64,000 bases of DNA from Ranitomeya imitator (taxonomy: Eukaryota): assembly GCF_032444005.1 (NCBI RefSeq), contig NC_091290.1:119908001-119972000 (forward strand). Reading direction: 5' to 3'. Each line of letters starts with the position of its first letter. Position 1 is the first letter of the stretch. The position numbers were made by a program, and so were the translations under genes. The notes beneath the pieces were generated by a model, which was not told where the DNA came from, did no database searches, and saw only the letters and a list, made by a program, of their open reading frames with translations. Shown here piece by piece: positions 26,501-38,500 of this stretch.

Positions 26501-29500
26501 CAACTTCAGTTTTTTGTCTGCATACGAGGCCTGGACGGCGGTAACCGTTTCCTGCAATAAAAAGAAACATTGATCCATTGATAGTAATTGCTTACGCCGC
26601 AATATTCCTTCTTGGCAAGAACACAATATTTTACATATCTCTCCTGATCCCCCCATACATAGGCCGAACGCGCCTATCTTCCTTGTGGGAGACCTTACCC
26701 CTCTGAAAAAGGTTTGCTTTCATTTTTTGGCTATTGTATCCTGCCTGCTTATTCATTCATGGTCCCCAGGTATTTTTCTGCTCTGCTTATTGGTAATTGA
26801 CAACTGAAAGCCTCATTAACTGACATTACATCTTTCTGAGGGTGAACAATAAAGAGCAGGGAGATTCCTAGTACTCCGCTTGGAGGGTCCACACTGCAGC
26901 AAAAAAATTAACACAATCTAACTATAAAATGCAGCAATGGTCTCTCATTTAATTGTAGGATAAGGAAACATCATCTTATATGGATTTTTAAAGAAAAACG
27001 CGACGTGTGCACATACCCTTACATTAAATATTTTACAGTGTTACACTCATTACAACTGGAGAAAGAAATAGTTTTCTATAAGTCTCCTATCAGATGACTT
27101 GAGAGTCATCTTACGGGGTTCAGTCCTTGTACTCACCGTTTCAAAATATAAATCTGATGCAGAAGTGATGCTTATATGGACCGCGACAGAAGAGGTCACC
27201 ATCGTGCCCTTTGGTGTAATTTTAATTCCAGGGGCCGTGAGACTCCACACTTTTGCAGAGATTTCGTTAGCTGCATGATTGTGGAGGATCTAAGAGACAG
27301 AATTGTTGCTTAGCCAGAGACAGAATTGTGGCAGGGCACATATCTGGCCAAGGTTACAACAGAACTTGTGTAGTACTCATGGTTCCTAAGAGCACAGTGG
27401 CTTCCATAATCCTTAAATGGAAGAAGTTTGGGACCACCAGAAGTCTTCCTAGACCTGGCCGTCCAGCCAAACTGAGCAATCGTGGGAGAAGAGCCTTGGT
27501 GAAAGAGTTAAAGAAGAATCCCAAGATCACTGTGGCTGAGAAAGTTCCACAAAGTCAACTATCACTGCAGCCCTCCACCAGTCGGGCCTTTATGGCAGAG
27601 TGGCCCAACGTAAGCCTCTCCTCAGTGCAAGACATATGAAAGCCCGCATAGAGTTTGCTAAAAATCACATGAAGGACTCCCAGACTATTAGAAATAAGAT
27701 TCTCTGGTCTGACGAGACAAAGATAGACCTTTTTGGTGATAATTCTAAGCGGTATGTGTGGAGAAAACCAGGCACTGCTCATCACCTGCCCAATATAAAC
27801 CCAACAGTGAAACATGGTGGTGGCAGCATCGTGCTATGGGGGTGTTTTTCAGCTGCAGGGACAGGACGACTGGTTGTCATAGAAGGAAACATGAATGCGG
27901 TTCAGTACAGAGATATCTTGGATGAAAATCTCTTCCAGAGTGCTCTGGACCTCAGACTTGGCCGAAGGTTCACCTTCCAACAAGACAATGACCCTAAGCA
28001 CACAGCTAAAATAACAAAGGAGTGTCTTCAGAACAACTCTGTGACCATTCTTGACTGGTTCAGCCAGAGCCCTGACCTAAACCCAATTGAGCATCTCTGG
28101 AGAGACCTGAAAATGGCTGTCCACCAACAATCACCATCCAACCTGACGGAACTGGAGAGGATCTGCAAGGAAGAATGGCAGGGGATCCCCAAATCCAGGT
28201 GTGAAAAACTTGTTGCCTCATTCCCAAGTAGACTCGTGGCTGTACTAGCTCAAAAGGTGCTTCTACTCAATACTGAGCAAAGGGTCTGAATACTTATGAC
28301 CATGTGACATTTCAGTTTTTCTTTTTTAATAAATTAGCAAAAAGTTCTACATTTCAATTTTTTCAGTCAAGATGGGGTGCAGAGTGTACATTAATGAGAA
28401 AAAAGCAACTTTTTTTTTAATTTACCAAATGGCTGCAATGACACAAAGAGTGAAAAATATAAAGGGGTCTGAATACTTTCAGTACCCACTGTATACTTGT
28501 AGAAATAGGTATTGTGAATTATTGCGCATACTTATAGTTACCTCTCGTAGGATTTCCTGATGGGATGCCTCATTATCATTCTGAAGGATATCCTGAATAC
28601 AGAAAGGTTACAGGTTTCTGTTTAATAAGCCATAAAACTGCAGAAACAGTTTTGATTCATTTTTATGTAAATTTTAATTTAGTGGTGTCTTTCCATTTTT
28701 CTCACAGGAAGAGGATTGATGCACTGCCGAGGACGATGATCTTTTGGGCAAGGCAAAAGATCATTTCACCTGACGAACAAGCATTTTGGAAATAAGTAAG
28801 TAATAAAAAGCCATGGACACGTGGAAACTGACACATGGACCAAACATTGATAACAATTGGTCTTTACCAGAACAATACCAGAAAAATCACTGAAGTCTGA
28901 ATGAGGCCTTATAACGTTAGATCTATGAGTTTCATGAAAATCTCTGTATTTCTAGGCAGATGACTATTTTAGGAGTAAATGCTCTTCAAATTTACCTTTA
29001 ACTCTTCGCCGGAAAGATTCAGTGTCAAATGCTGATTGAGAAAATATGCCAGCATTAGAGAATCCAGGACCTGCTCTGAAAACCAGAAGTAGAGCATCCT
29101 ATCGTGCTTTAGAAGCGAAGGGGAGAAGATGGAGTCATTGTAGGAAACTGTGAGATTCTTGTAGGCCAGAAAACCCTAAGGAAGAGAGGGAAGAATATTT
29201 CTTATGTCATTGAATTGTCTAGCTTTAAAAAAGTACAGTTTTATGGATTTTTTTTTAATTGTTGCTTCTCCGCTGATTCTGGAACAGTTTTACTTTTTCT
29301 TCTGTGTTCCTCCATTCAGTAATAATAAAGGTGCACATTTAATTGTGGGTGTAGCCATGTTTTGATTGGCCAGTTTCAGAGGAGAAAAAGCATCTTCGTG
29401 GGCCTACCATGTTTTGATTGGCCAGTGTCAAAGGAAAAAAGCATCTTTGTGGGCATAGCCATGTTTTGATTGGCCAGTGTCAGAGGAGAAAAAGCATCTT

Positions 29501-32500
29501 CGTGGGCGTAGCCATGTTTTGATTGGCCAATGTCAAAGGAAAAAAGGCATCTTCGTGGGCATAGCCATGTTTTGATTGGCCAGTGTCAAAGGAAAAAAGC
29601 ATCTTCGTGGGCATAGCCATGTTTTGATTGGCCAGTGTCAAAGGAAAAAAAGCATCTTCGTGGGCGTAGCCATGTTTTGATTGGCCAGTGTCAAAGGAAA
29701 AAAAGCATCTTCGTGGGCATAGCCATGTTTTGATTGGCCAGTGTCAAAGGAAAAAAGCATCTTCATGGGCATAGCTATGTTTTGATTGGCCAGTGTCAAA
29801 GGAAAAAAGCATCTTCATGGGCATAGCTATGTTTTGATTGGCCAGTGTCAAAGGAAAAAAGCATCTTCGTGGGCATAGCCATGTTTTGATTGGCCAGTGT
29901 CAGAGGAGAAAAAGCATCTTCATGGGCGTAGCCATGTTTTGATTGGCCAGTGTCAGAGGAGAAAAAGCATCTTCGTGGGCGTAGCCATGTTTTGATTGGC
30001 CAGTGTCAGAGGAGAAAAAGCATCTTCGTGGGCGTAGCCATGTTTTGATTGGCCAGTGTCAGAGGAGAAAAAGCATCTTCGTGGGCGTAGCCATGTTTTG
30101 ATTGGCCAGTGTCAAAGGAAAAAAGCATCTTCGTGGGTGTAGCCATGTTTTGATTGGCCAGTGTCAGAGGAAAAAAAAAGTAAACGCCCACAGAGAAGTT
30201 TTGTGGTTTACACCAAGTTTATTAAAGGGAAAATGTGCATCTTTAGTTCCATGGGGCATAACTTTGGAATGGATGGGCACAGAAGAAAAAGGAAAACTGT
30301 TCCAGAATCAGTGGTGCAGCGCCGATTCAAGAAGGTACTCAGTTTAAATAATAAAGAAAAATCCAATGAGAGGTCGTTTTTAAAATTCTGACTTTTTACA
30401 GCTTCACATGGGCTGTCATTTAACTTTCCAAGTCTCTAGAAATAAAAATCTACACAGTGATGTAATGATTAATCTTCTTCTTTCTTGAATTTGTATAACA
30501 AGGCAGATAAGCCTTACAGGAGTTTCTGAAAGCTAAAAGAAAACCCAGTGGGAGCTTCAATTACTGATTGAACGAACACAGGAAAAAAAACACATCTAAT
30601 GAGCGGGGAATTCCGAGATTACATTTTCCATTGACAAATTAAGATAAATACTCAAAGCAAAAATGTGGATAAAGCACACTTACTAAAAATCAGTCAGTCA
30701 GCCAGTCACCTGTGTTCTGTACGAGGCCAGATTTAAATATTGCAGATGTGGTGAAAGGGATCCTGCCGACTGATTCATTCTGCCCATGGTTTGTAATTGC
30801 AGCCAAGACCAACTTTGCAACTACGACCACGTTTCACACTGAATATCTGAACAGGGCAGATAATGCATCTAGGATGACTATTCCAAGAGGCAGGACCATG
30901 GCCGCTTCTGCACCCTCCAATCTTCTTGACTGATGGCTCTCTCCATATATACATAAACATTGGGAAAGACCTGTCAATGTAGGAGAGTGGGACTTGGAGA
31001 AAGCTTACATGGCTGCCATAATGGAGCCAGTGTCTGATTCATGCTGCTTGGTTCCTGGGAAACATGAATCATCTGCCAGGTTCCCTTTCGAGAAGTACCG
31101 TCCTCCCTCCTGGTACAGAACTATTACTATTGTGGTCTAGAAGAGTCATCACAAATTTTGGCACACAGAATAATTACTCCAAAAGAGTTTAGACTTTTCT
31201 GTATCCATGCCATTTTTTAATGTAGGAAGGGTTCGCGTAAATATTGTGACAACACTGAACCACAAGCAAACTTCCATGAGCAATCTCCTATGCTACTCTA
31301 AATTCTAGCATTAAAAAAAACAAACAAAAGTGGTGAAAAATAGGCAAATAAATAAATACATAAATAGGCATAAAAGGATACAAGGAGCGTGAGGAAAGAA
31401 CAATTGGTTTTCATAAAACAACCTGCTGTCGGGGGTAAAAGGGGTTATCCAAAACCAGAAAAACCCTTCAGGGTAGGTGCACACAATGTCTTTTAGACAC
31501 TGCTTTCCCATCGAGCGAAATGGTGGTGGTGTTTTTCCTGAATTGTCTTTTTTTGGCATTTTTGGGGCAACCACGGTGCCAGTGTTTTTTTTTTTTTTTC
31601 TTACAATAAGTATACAATAGTAAATGGCTTCCAAGTATAAGCTGTTTGACATATGGTTTTATCTCATCTTTTAACTTCTTTGCAGCTTTCAAAGTCAGAA
31701 GCGGTAAAAGGAATCTCAAAAAGACTGAACATATACACACCAAGCCGTTTTGACATTACAGTGCCTATACTCATTCTTTTTAGAATTTCAGAGGGGACCT
31801 TCCTGTATTAGACGTCATGTGCACATACCCTTAAAATATCCGTAAGGCTGTATTGAAAGTCAAAGGCCTAAAGAGTGTTCTCTTGGCTTCAGTCTGGTCA
31901 GAACACCTCAAAATCCCATAAAAAGAGTTTTTAGAAAATGTAGGAAAATTGGCTATTCCATTACCTGGGGTCCAATTAAAAAGAAAAAAAGGATATTTAA
32001 AACATATATCGTCAATATACCCTACAAAGAGGTTCTATAAAGTGTATGAAAATCAGCTATTCCATGACGTGGGGTCCAATTAAAAAGGAAAAAAGGTATA
32101 TTTAAAAGATATATCCTGTGGTCCAATTAAAAAAAAAAGGTATTTTTAAACATATATCGTCAATATACCATAAAAAGCGTGTCGGAGAATTGGCTATTCC
32201 ATTACGTCCAATTAAAAGAAAGGTAGATTTTATACATATATTTTGAATAACTATTTGTGAGAGATGCCACTATGACATCCTATAAATAGACATCTCATGT
32301 ACGTTTTTTTAATACAGTAGCTTTTTATTAGGTTTCCATCTAACAGATGCAATTGTAGCCTACCGGACTAGTCTTTAATCATAAACATACCTGACGCTGC
32401 AAGATTGAGGCAGCGTTCACATGCATACATGCTGCGACTGAACAACAGCAGCCTGGTGGTGCTGCTGTCTTTCCATTGTTTCACCTACAAAGCCTTGGGG

Positions 32501-35500
32501 CCGTTGCGATCAGTGTGTGAACGCGTCTTAAAGTTTCAGATAAAAGAAACCCCCCGAAGTGTATAGGTGATAATTATTATTTGTGGGAAAATCCCATTTA
32601 ACCTCCTAGCCCTCTTATTATCACTCACCTTGTGATGGGACTCCAGGTAGTTTTCTTTAATGACTGGGAAGTCTGTGACATCAATATTCACTCCAATATC
32701 TCCATAACTCAGAAAGTTTTCTATAAAAAGGTTTGAGAAGATATGACTCTAAAATAGTTGTAAATATTCATATAATTCGTACAATGCCCATCTATCACTG
32801 TGTTTTGTAAACCCATTAGTCTAGTTAAAGGGAATAAGTCACCATGTTTTTGATACCTGATCTGAGAGCAGCAAAATGTAAGGGCAGAGACCCTGAATCC
32901 AGCAATGTATCACTTACTGGGCTGCTTGATGTAGTTTTTTTAAAATCACTTTTATCAGTAGGAAATTATGACTACAAGACTACTTAGTCTGCTTCCAGGT
33001 AGTCCGACAACGCCCCTCACCACTGATTGGCCACTTTCTGCCTATGCACAGTGTACGCAGAAAGCTGCCAATCAGTGACGTGGGCGTGGTTATACAGGGC
33101 TCAGCATTCAGGGAACTGCTAGATCTGCAGCAGAGAAGGAAAGCATCTACAAATTGGAAAACCCCTGAAGAATGACCAGGTCACTTTTTCTAGCCACTTG
33201 GCTTTTTTGAACACCTGAAGGGGTTAAAAAGACGCTCTAGAGCCCGAACATATAAAAAGAAAATAATTTTTACATAGCAGCTCATCCTTTTGAGTGCTTC
33301 CTGAGCACTTTTTATTAAGGTGGGGTTTTTGAAGGTAAAGGGATACCGAATAGAAAAAGACGTTGCATGCACATACCATATTCAAAACCAAAAATCACAC
33401 CCATCATCTCACCCATCATTTAACATTAACATTTCTTAGAGGTGATTTTTGAAAAATCTCAGCAAATCCTGACCTAAAAAGTAAAATGGAATATAACAAA
33501 TGAAATCTTATAAAATATACCTGCTCTGTCTTGGATGAAATCAGCAAGTAGGTTTGCCACATAATTTATTTCTTTACAAATCTGAAGAGTAAAAACATGT
33601 GGAATGTGTTACTTCAATTATTCTTACAAAATCAAATTTTTTTTTTTTTAAACTTTGTCTCCCGTTGCCCTTAAGAGTTCGTATTGTTAAATCAACTTGT
33701 TTCTTTGGGAACGCTATGCAATCTATGGGCAGCATGTTATCGAGAATGAGACACTGAGCAAATGAATCTATAATTTTGGAATAGATTCAGTATGACATGT
33801 ATTTAATTAATTTACCATCCTGCTCATTCTACTCTAAGGAGTCCAGTGGGTGGTCCCATTCAGTGATCGACAGCCTTTCCTGTATGCATATCTGCCAATC
33901 ACTAAGTAGGACCACCCCTGTTCTGAGACTCCTTGGAATGCCCTAACCCTATTCAGAGAATGCCTTTGACACAACCTAGATTGCTCAGTTTTCGGCTGGG
34001 TGTTCAGTGTACCCTTGGTGTGGCCAAGAGGCACAGTGTACCGTTCCACCCACTGGTTTTGCTTGCCCCTGCCTCCTTCACGTGCAATCAACAGCACTTT
34101 CTCTGCAGATAGTGATCACTGCAGGCAAACCAGGGCTATCAATCATAAGTGATGGTGGTAGGGATATGCAAAACCAGTGGGCAAAATGGTGCACTGAGCT
34201 TCTCGGCCACACCAGGAGTGCACCGTACACTCTTATTAGCATATTTGAAAAACTTCAGTTTCTGCATAATGGAGGGATCGATTAGATCATTATAGGTGAT
34301 ATATTTATAAGGGCTATATCCCCTATAAAACATATAGGCTTACTTTTTATTGTCACCTGACAGCAGTAGGCTGCAGTCGTTTGAGAAAACTATGCCAATC
34401 CTTTTTTTGGCCACATTGTGGGATAACCTTGTTTGCATAGAAGAAAAGAACACAGAACACAAAGAACACAAAAAAACTTCTCATTAATACTGTCCAGCAA
34501 AGTTAACCTTGCCCTTATTATACCATGGGTCTAATATCTTAACCAAAACCATAAGACACCAACGTCAGGCACCAAATATCACATATATCATGAGAGAATT
34601 CTCCTCATCGCCTGGACACTAATGTGAGTCAAAGGGGAATAAGACCAAGGTTTTCATGCCTTCTCAAATTTTTCAGGACAATCTCTTATTTTTATATACC
34701 ACCCTCATAGGATTCTGCAGTATTTACCATATTGACCCAGTGTGAAATTTGTGGTGGTCTTCTATCCATCCATCTCATGGTGGTTGCCTGAGAAGAGCAA
34801 AAGGGTAGCGGGGCCGGGCTACACACCTTAGGGCGATAGTATGATCTCGATGAGGATAGCTAGGACCTCTTTCCAACAGTCCTCAATAGGAGGGCAATAC
34901 AACACCAGGTGTATAAACTCTGCCGCCTCTTCCCCACACCTATGCCAGTCTGCAGTGGTGGATCTACACATTGTATATAACCTGCTAGGAGTCAGAAACC
35001 ATTGATTGACTCTATACATTAGGACTAGCCTGTTATTAATTGCCAAGGAACATATTGTGGGGACGTCACCGCCTCGCTCCAATCCTCCTCATATAGGGAG
35101 GGTGATACTGTCCTCCATTTGGCCTCAACCAACAATAACAATGAGGGGCATCTCCCACTTAGTACCCGGTGTATAACGAGGCGATCAATCCTTGGGTCCC
35201 TGGCTCCTTAGAATGCCAAACAGGGGGTTTGAAGATACAAGATAATTCCCAATATCTGGGAACTGTGCTTTAAGGGCATGCCTTAGTAGCAGATAATGAA
35301 ATAAAGCATGTCTGAGAACTTGATAGAGCTGTATTAATCAAAGGAAACAAGAACACCCTGGATATATACCTGCACCAGAGTCTTGACCCCTAATTTCAAC
35401 CAAAACTGAGCATCTTGGGAATGTAGTAATTCGGGAAGAGCTCTGTTATGCCATGAGGGGGACTCAGATACTGTGTCCTTGAGATGAAAGCTCTGTTAGG

Positions 35501-38500
35501 TGGCTCTCCACACTTCAACCGCAAGTGTGTAAATTGGCAAGAATGAGCGTGAGTATCTGGTGCCTCCAAGACCCCCATAGACGCTGAAGACTAAACAAGT
35601 CGCAAGAATTTGGCAAATGATTTTCTGCTTTCCAGTGTTGTAGAAAGCAAAGTTGGTCATCTAAGTAGTATAAGAAGATGTGCGGGAGTGCCGCATCGGC
35701 CTCATCCCTGGTCCTCTGAGGAGTGGTCAGAATCAGCCCCATATGGAGGATGCTGAATGGGAGATGCTCATGGCAAAGACCTTCTGTGGGACGATGGAGG
35801 CTGAATGTTCCAGAACATACAGGAATTTAGGGAGGGCTATCATTTTAATGACATTGATTCTTCCAGCTATTGACAGAGGGAGGGCTCCCCATATTCGGAT
35901 TTCCACCCTCAGGTTTGGAAAAAAAAGGGGATATATTTAAATCACGAAGTTGAGTCTTTTTTTCATGTTTATATCTTAATATTTAAAGTGTGATAGTATC
36001 CGTAACCTGCAGAATTCATCCCCTACTTCCCATCCCATGGGGCTTAGAAGTGACAACATGGATTTTTGACAGTTTATGTTTAGACAGGAGAACCGGAAAA
36101 ATTCATCAATCAGATCCATTACCAGGGCAGCGTAACTCTTAGACTGGCCATAAACGGGATCCCAAGCGGTCTTCATGGGAACCCACTTTATCCCTTGTTA
36201 TCCTGCAATCTGACAGATCCTGGCCGCTAGTGGATCCATAGGTATCAGATTATGTTTAGCGAGAAAAATTAAAACTGAGCAGAAAAGTAAAAAAGGATAA
36301 AGGCAAGAATTGTATTCCTCACCTGACCTTTAAGCACAAGCTTTAAGGTGAATGAAATTAAATCTGTAAATAGTTGCTTAAACCATCCAGGCCTGCAAAA
36401 TAAAAAAATATATATATTTCTAAGAATAACAAAGTATTTTATATATGTTTTTAATAGAAATTTGATAACATCTTTGTATCTTACTGCTTGTCTCCATGAA
36501 GGTGTAAAATCAGTTCATGAAACGACAGGTAGCAGTCAGAAGTATCAGCAGCAATGCGGTTATTTCCACAAGCTGTAAAATACAAGGTCTGAAATGTAGT
36601 GCAAAATATAGTAATGCAACAGACAAAAACTGTAGAATATACGGTAATATAATAATATTATTATTATTATTATTATCAGCCACTATACAAAACTACAAAG
36701 CACTGATTAACCAATCAAAGGGCTGCCACATTCGTCACCGTGTCTGCAAACTGAGATTCTCTTTTGGCTTTTATCCTAAGTCATATTGCAAGGCTCGTTA
36801 AAGAAGCGATATTGACTTTTAGGATCGCTGCTTTCAACAGGTGTCGCTAGAGTTCTAGTTCTCTTCCTCTCTGAGTTTGCAAATTTTCCCACCTACAAAG
36901 AATGGAGAGGTCTGTCATTTTTGCAACTGTGAGAGACAGAATCTTACAAAAATCCAGAAAATCACATTGTATGATTTTTACATAATTAATTTGCATTTTA
37001 TTGCATGAAATAAGTTTTTGATACAATAGAAAAACAGAACTTAATATTTGGCACAGAAACCTTGGTTTGCAGTTACAAAGGTCAGACGTTTCCTGTAGTT
37101 CTTGACCAGGTTTGCACACACTGCAGAAGGGATTTTGGCCCCCTCCTCCATAAAGATCATCTTCAGATCTTTCAGCTTTCGGGGCTGTCGCTGAGCAACA
37201 TTGATTTTCAGCTCCCTCCAAAGATTTTCTACTTTGTTCACGTCTGGAAACTTACTAGGCCTCTCCAAGACCTTGAAATGTGTCTTACGGAGCTGTTCCT
37301 TAGTTGCCCTGGCTATCTGTTTTGGGTCATTGTCATGCTGGAAGACCCAGCCACAACCCATCTTCAATGCTCGTACTGAGGGAAGGAGGTTGTTTGCCAA
37401 AATCTCGCAATACATGACCACATCCTCCCTTCAATACAGTGCAGTCGTCCTGTCCCGTTTGCATAAAAGCACCCCCAAAGTATGATGTTTCCCCCACCAT
37501 GCTTCACAGTTGGGATGGTGTTCTGGGAGTTGTACTCATCTTTCTTCTTCCTCCAAGCACAGCAAGTGGTGTTGATACCAAAAAGTTCTATTTTGGTCTC
37601 ATCTGACCACATGATCTTTTCCCTTGCCTCCAATGGATCATCGAGATGGTTATTGGCAAACTTTTAACGGGCTTGGACATGTGCTGGTGTGAGCAGGGGG
37701 ACCTTGTGTGACCTGCAGGATTTTAATACATGATGGCGTAGTGTGTTACTAACATTTCTGTTTGAGACTGTGGTCCCAGCTCTCTTCAGGTCATTGACCA
37801 GGTCCTCCCGTGTAGTTCTGGGCTGATTCCTGAGCTTTCTCAGAATTATCCTTACCCCACCCCTCCCCCAGACGAGACCTTGCATAGAGCCCCAGACCTA
37901 GGAAGATTGACAGTCATCTCGTGTTTCTTCCAATAGTTGTGCTAATAGTTATGGTCTTCTCACGATGCTGCTTTCCTGTTGTCCTGTAGCCCATCGCAGC
38001 CTTGTGCAAGTCTACAATTTTGTCCCTGGTGTCCTTAGACGGCTCTTTGGTCTTGGCCATGGTGGAGAGGTTGGAATGTGTGGACAGGTGTCTTTCATAC
38101 AGCAGCTGTCCTGTAGCCCATCGCAGCCTTGTGCAAGTCTACAATTTTGTCCCTGGTGTCCTTAGACGGCTCTTTGGTCTTGGCCATGGTGGAGAGGTTG
38201 GAATGTGTGGACAGGTGTCTTTCATACAGGTGACGAGTACAAACGGATTCAATTAATACAGGTAATGAGTGCAGAGTAGTAGGACTTCTTAACAAAGAAC
38301 TAACAGGTCTGAGAGAGCCAGAATCCTTGCTGGTTGGTAGGTTATCAAATACTTATGCAATAAAATGCAGATTAATTACCGTATGTAAAAATCATACAAT
38401 GTGATTTTCTTTTCTTTTTTTACTATTAGATTCTGTCTCTAACAGATAAAAATTACAGACCTCGCCATTCTTTGTAGGTGGAAAAACTTGCAAAATCGGC

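Noticed and set aside
28584-28592. ATATCCTTC at the start of CETP exon 10 resembling a U12 donor
   Set aside because: It encodes D-I-L within a 51-nt exon that keeps frame and homology; no matching U12 branch point or AC acceptor is needed.
10668-30170. Regular short repeat arrays (10668, 19258, 29351) as possible CRISPR arrays
   Set aside because: Units are head-to-tail with no unique spacers, in a vertebrate context with no cas genes.
30700-31140. More GC-rich segment that might be a retroelement coding remnant
   Set aside because: I could not recover a convincing RT, integrase or recombinase motif in any frame.
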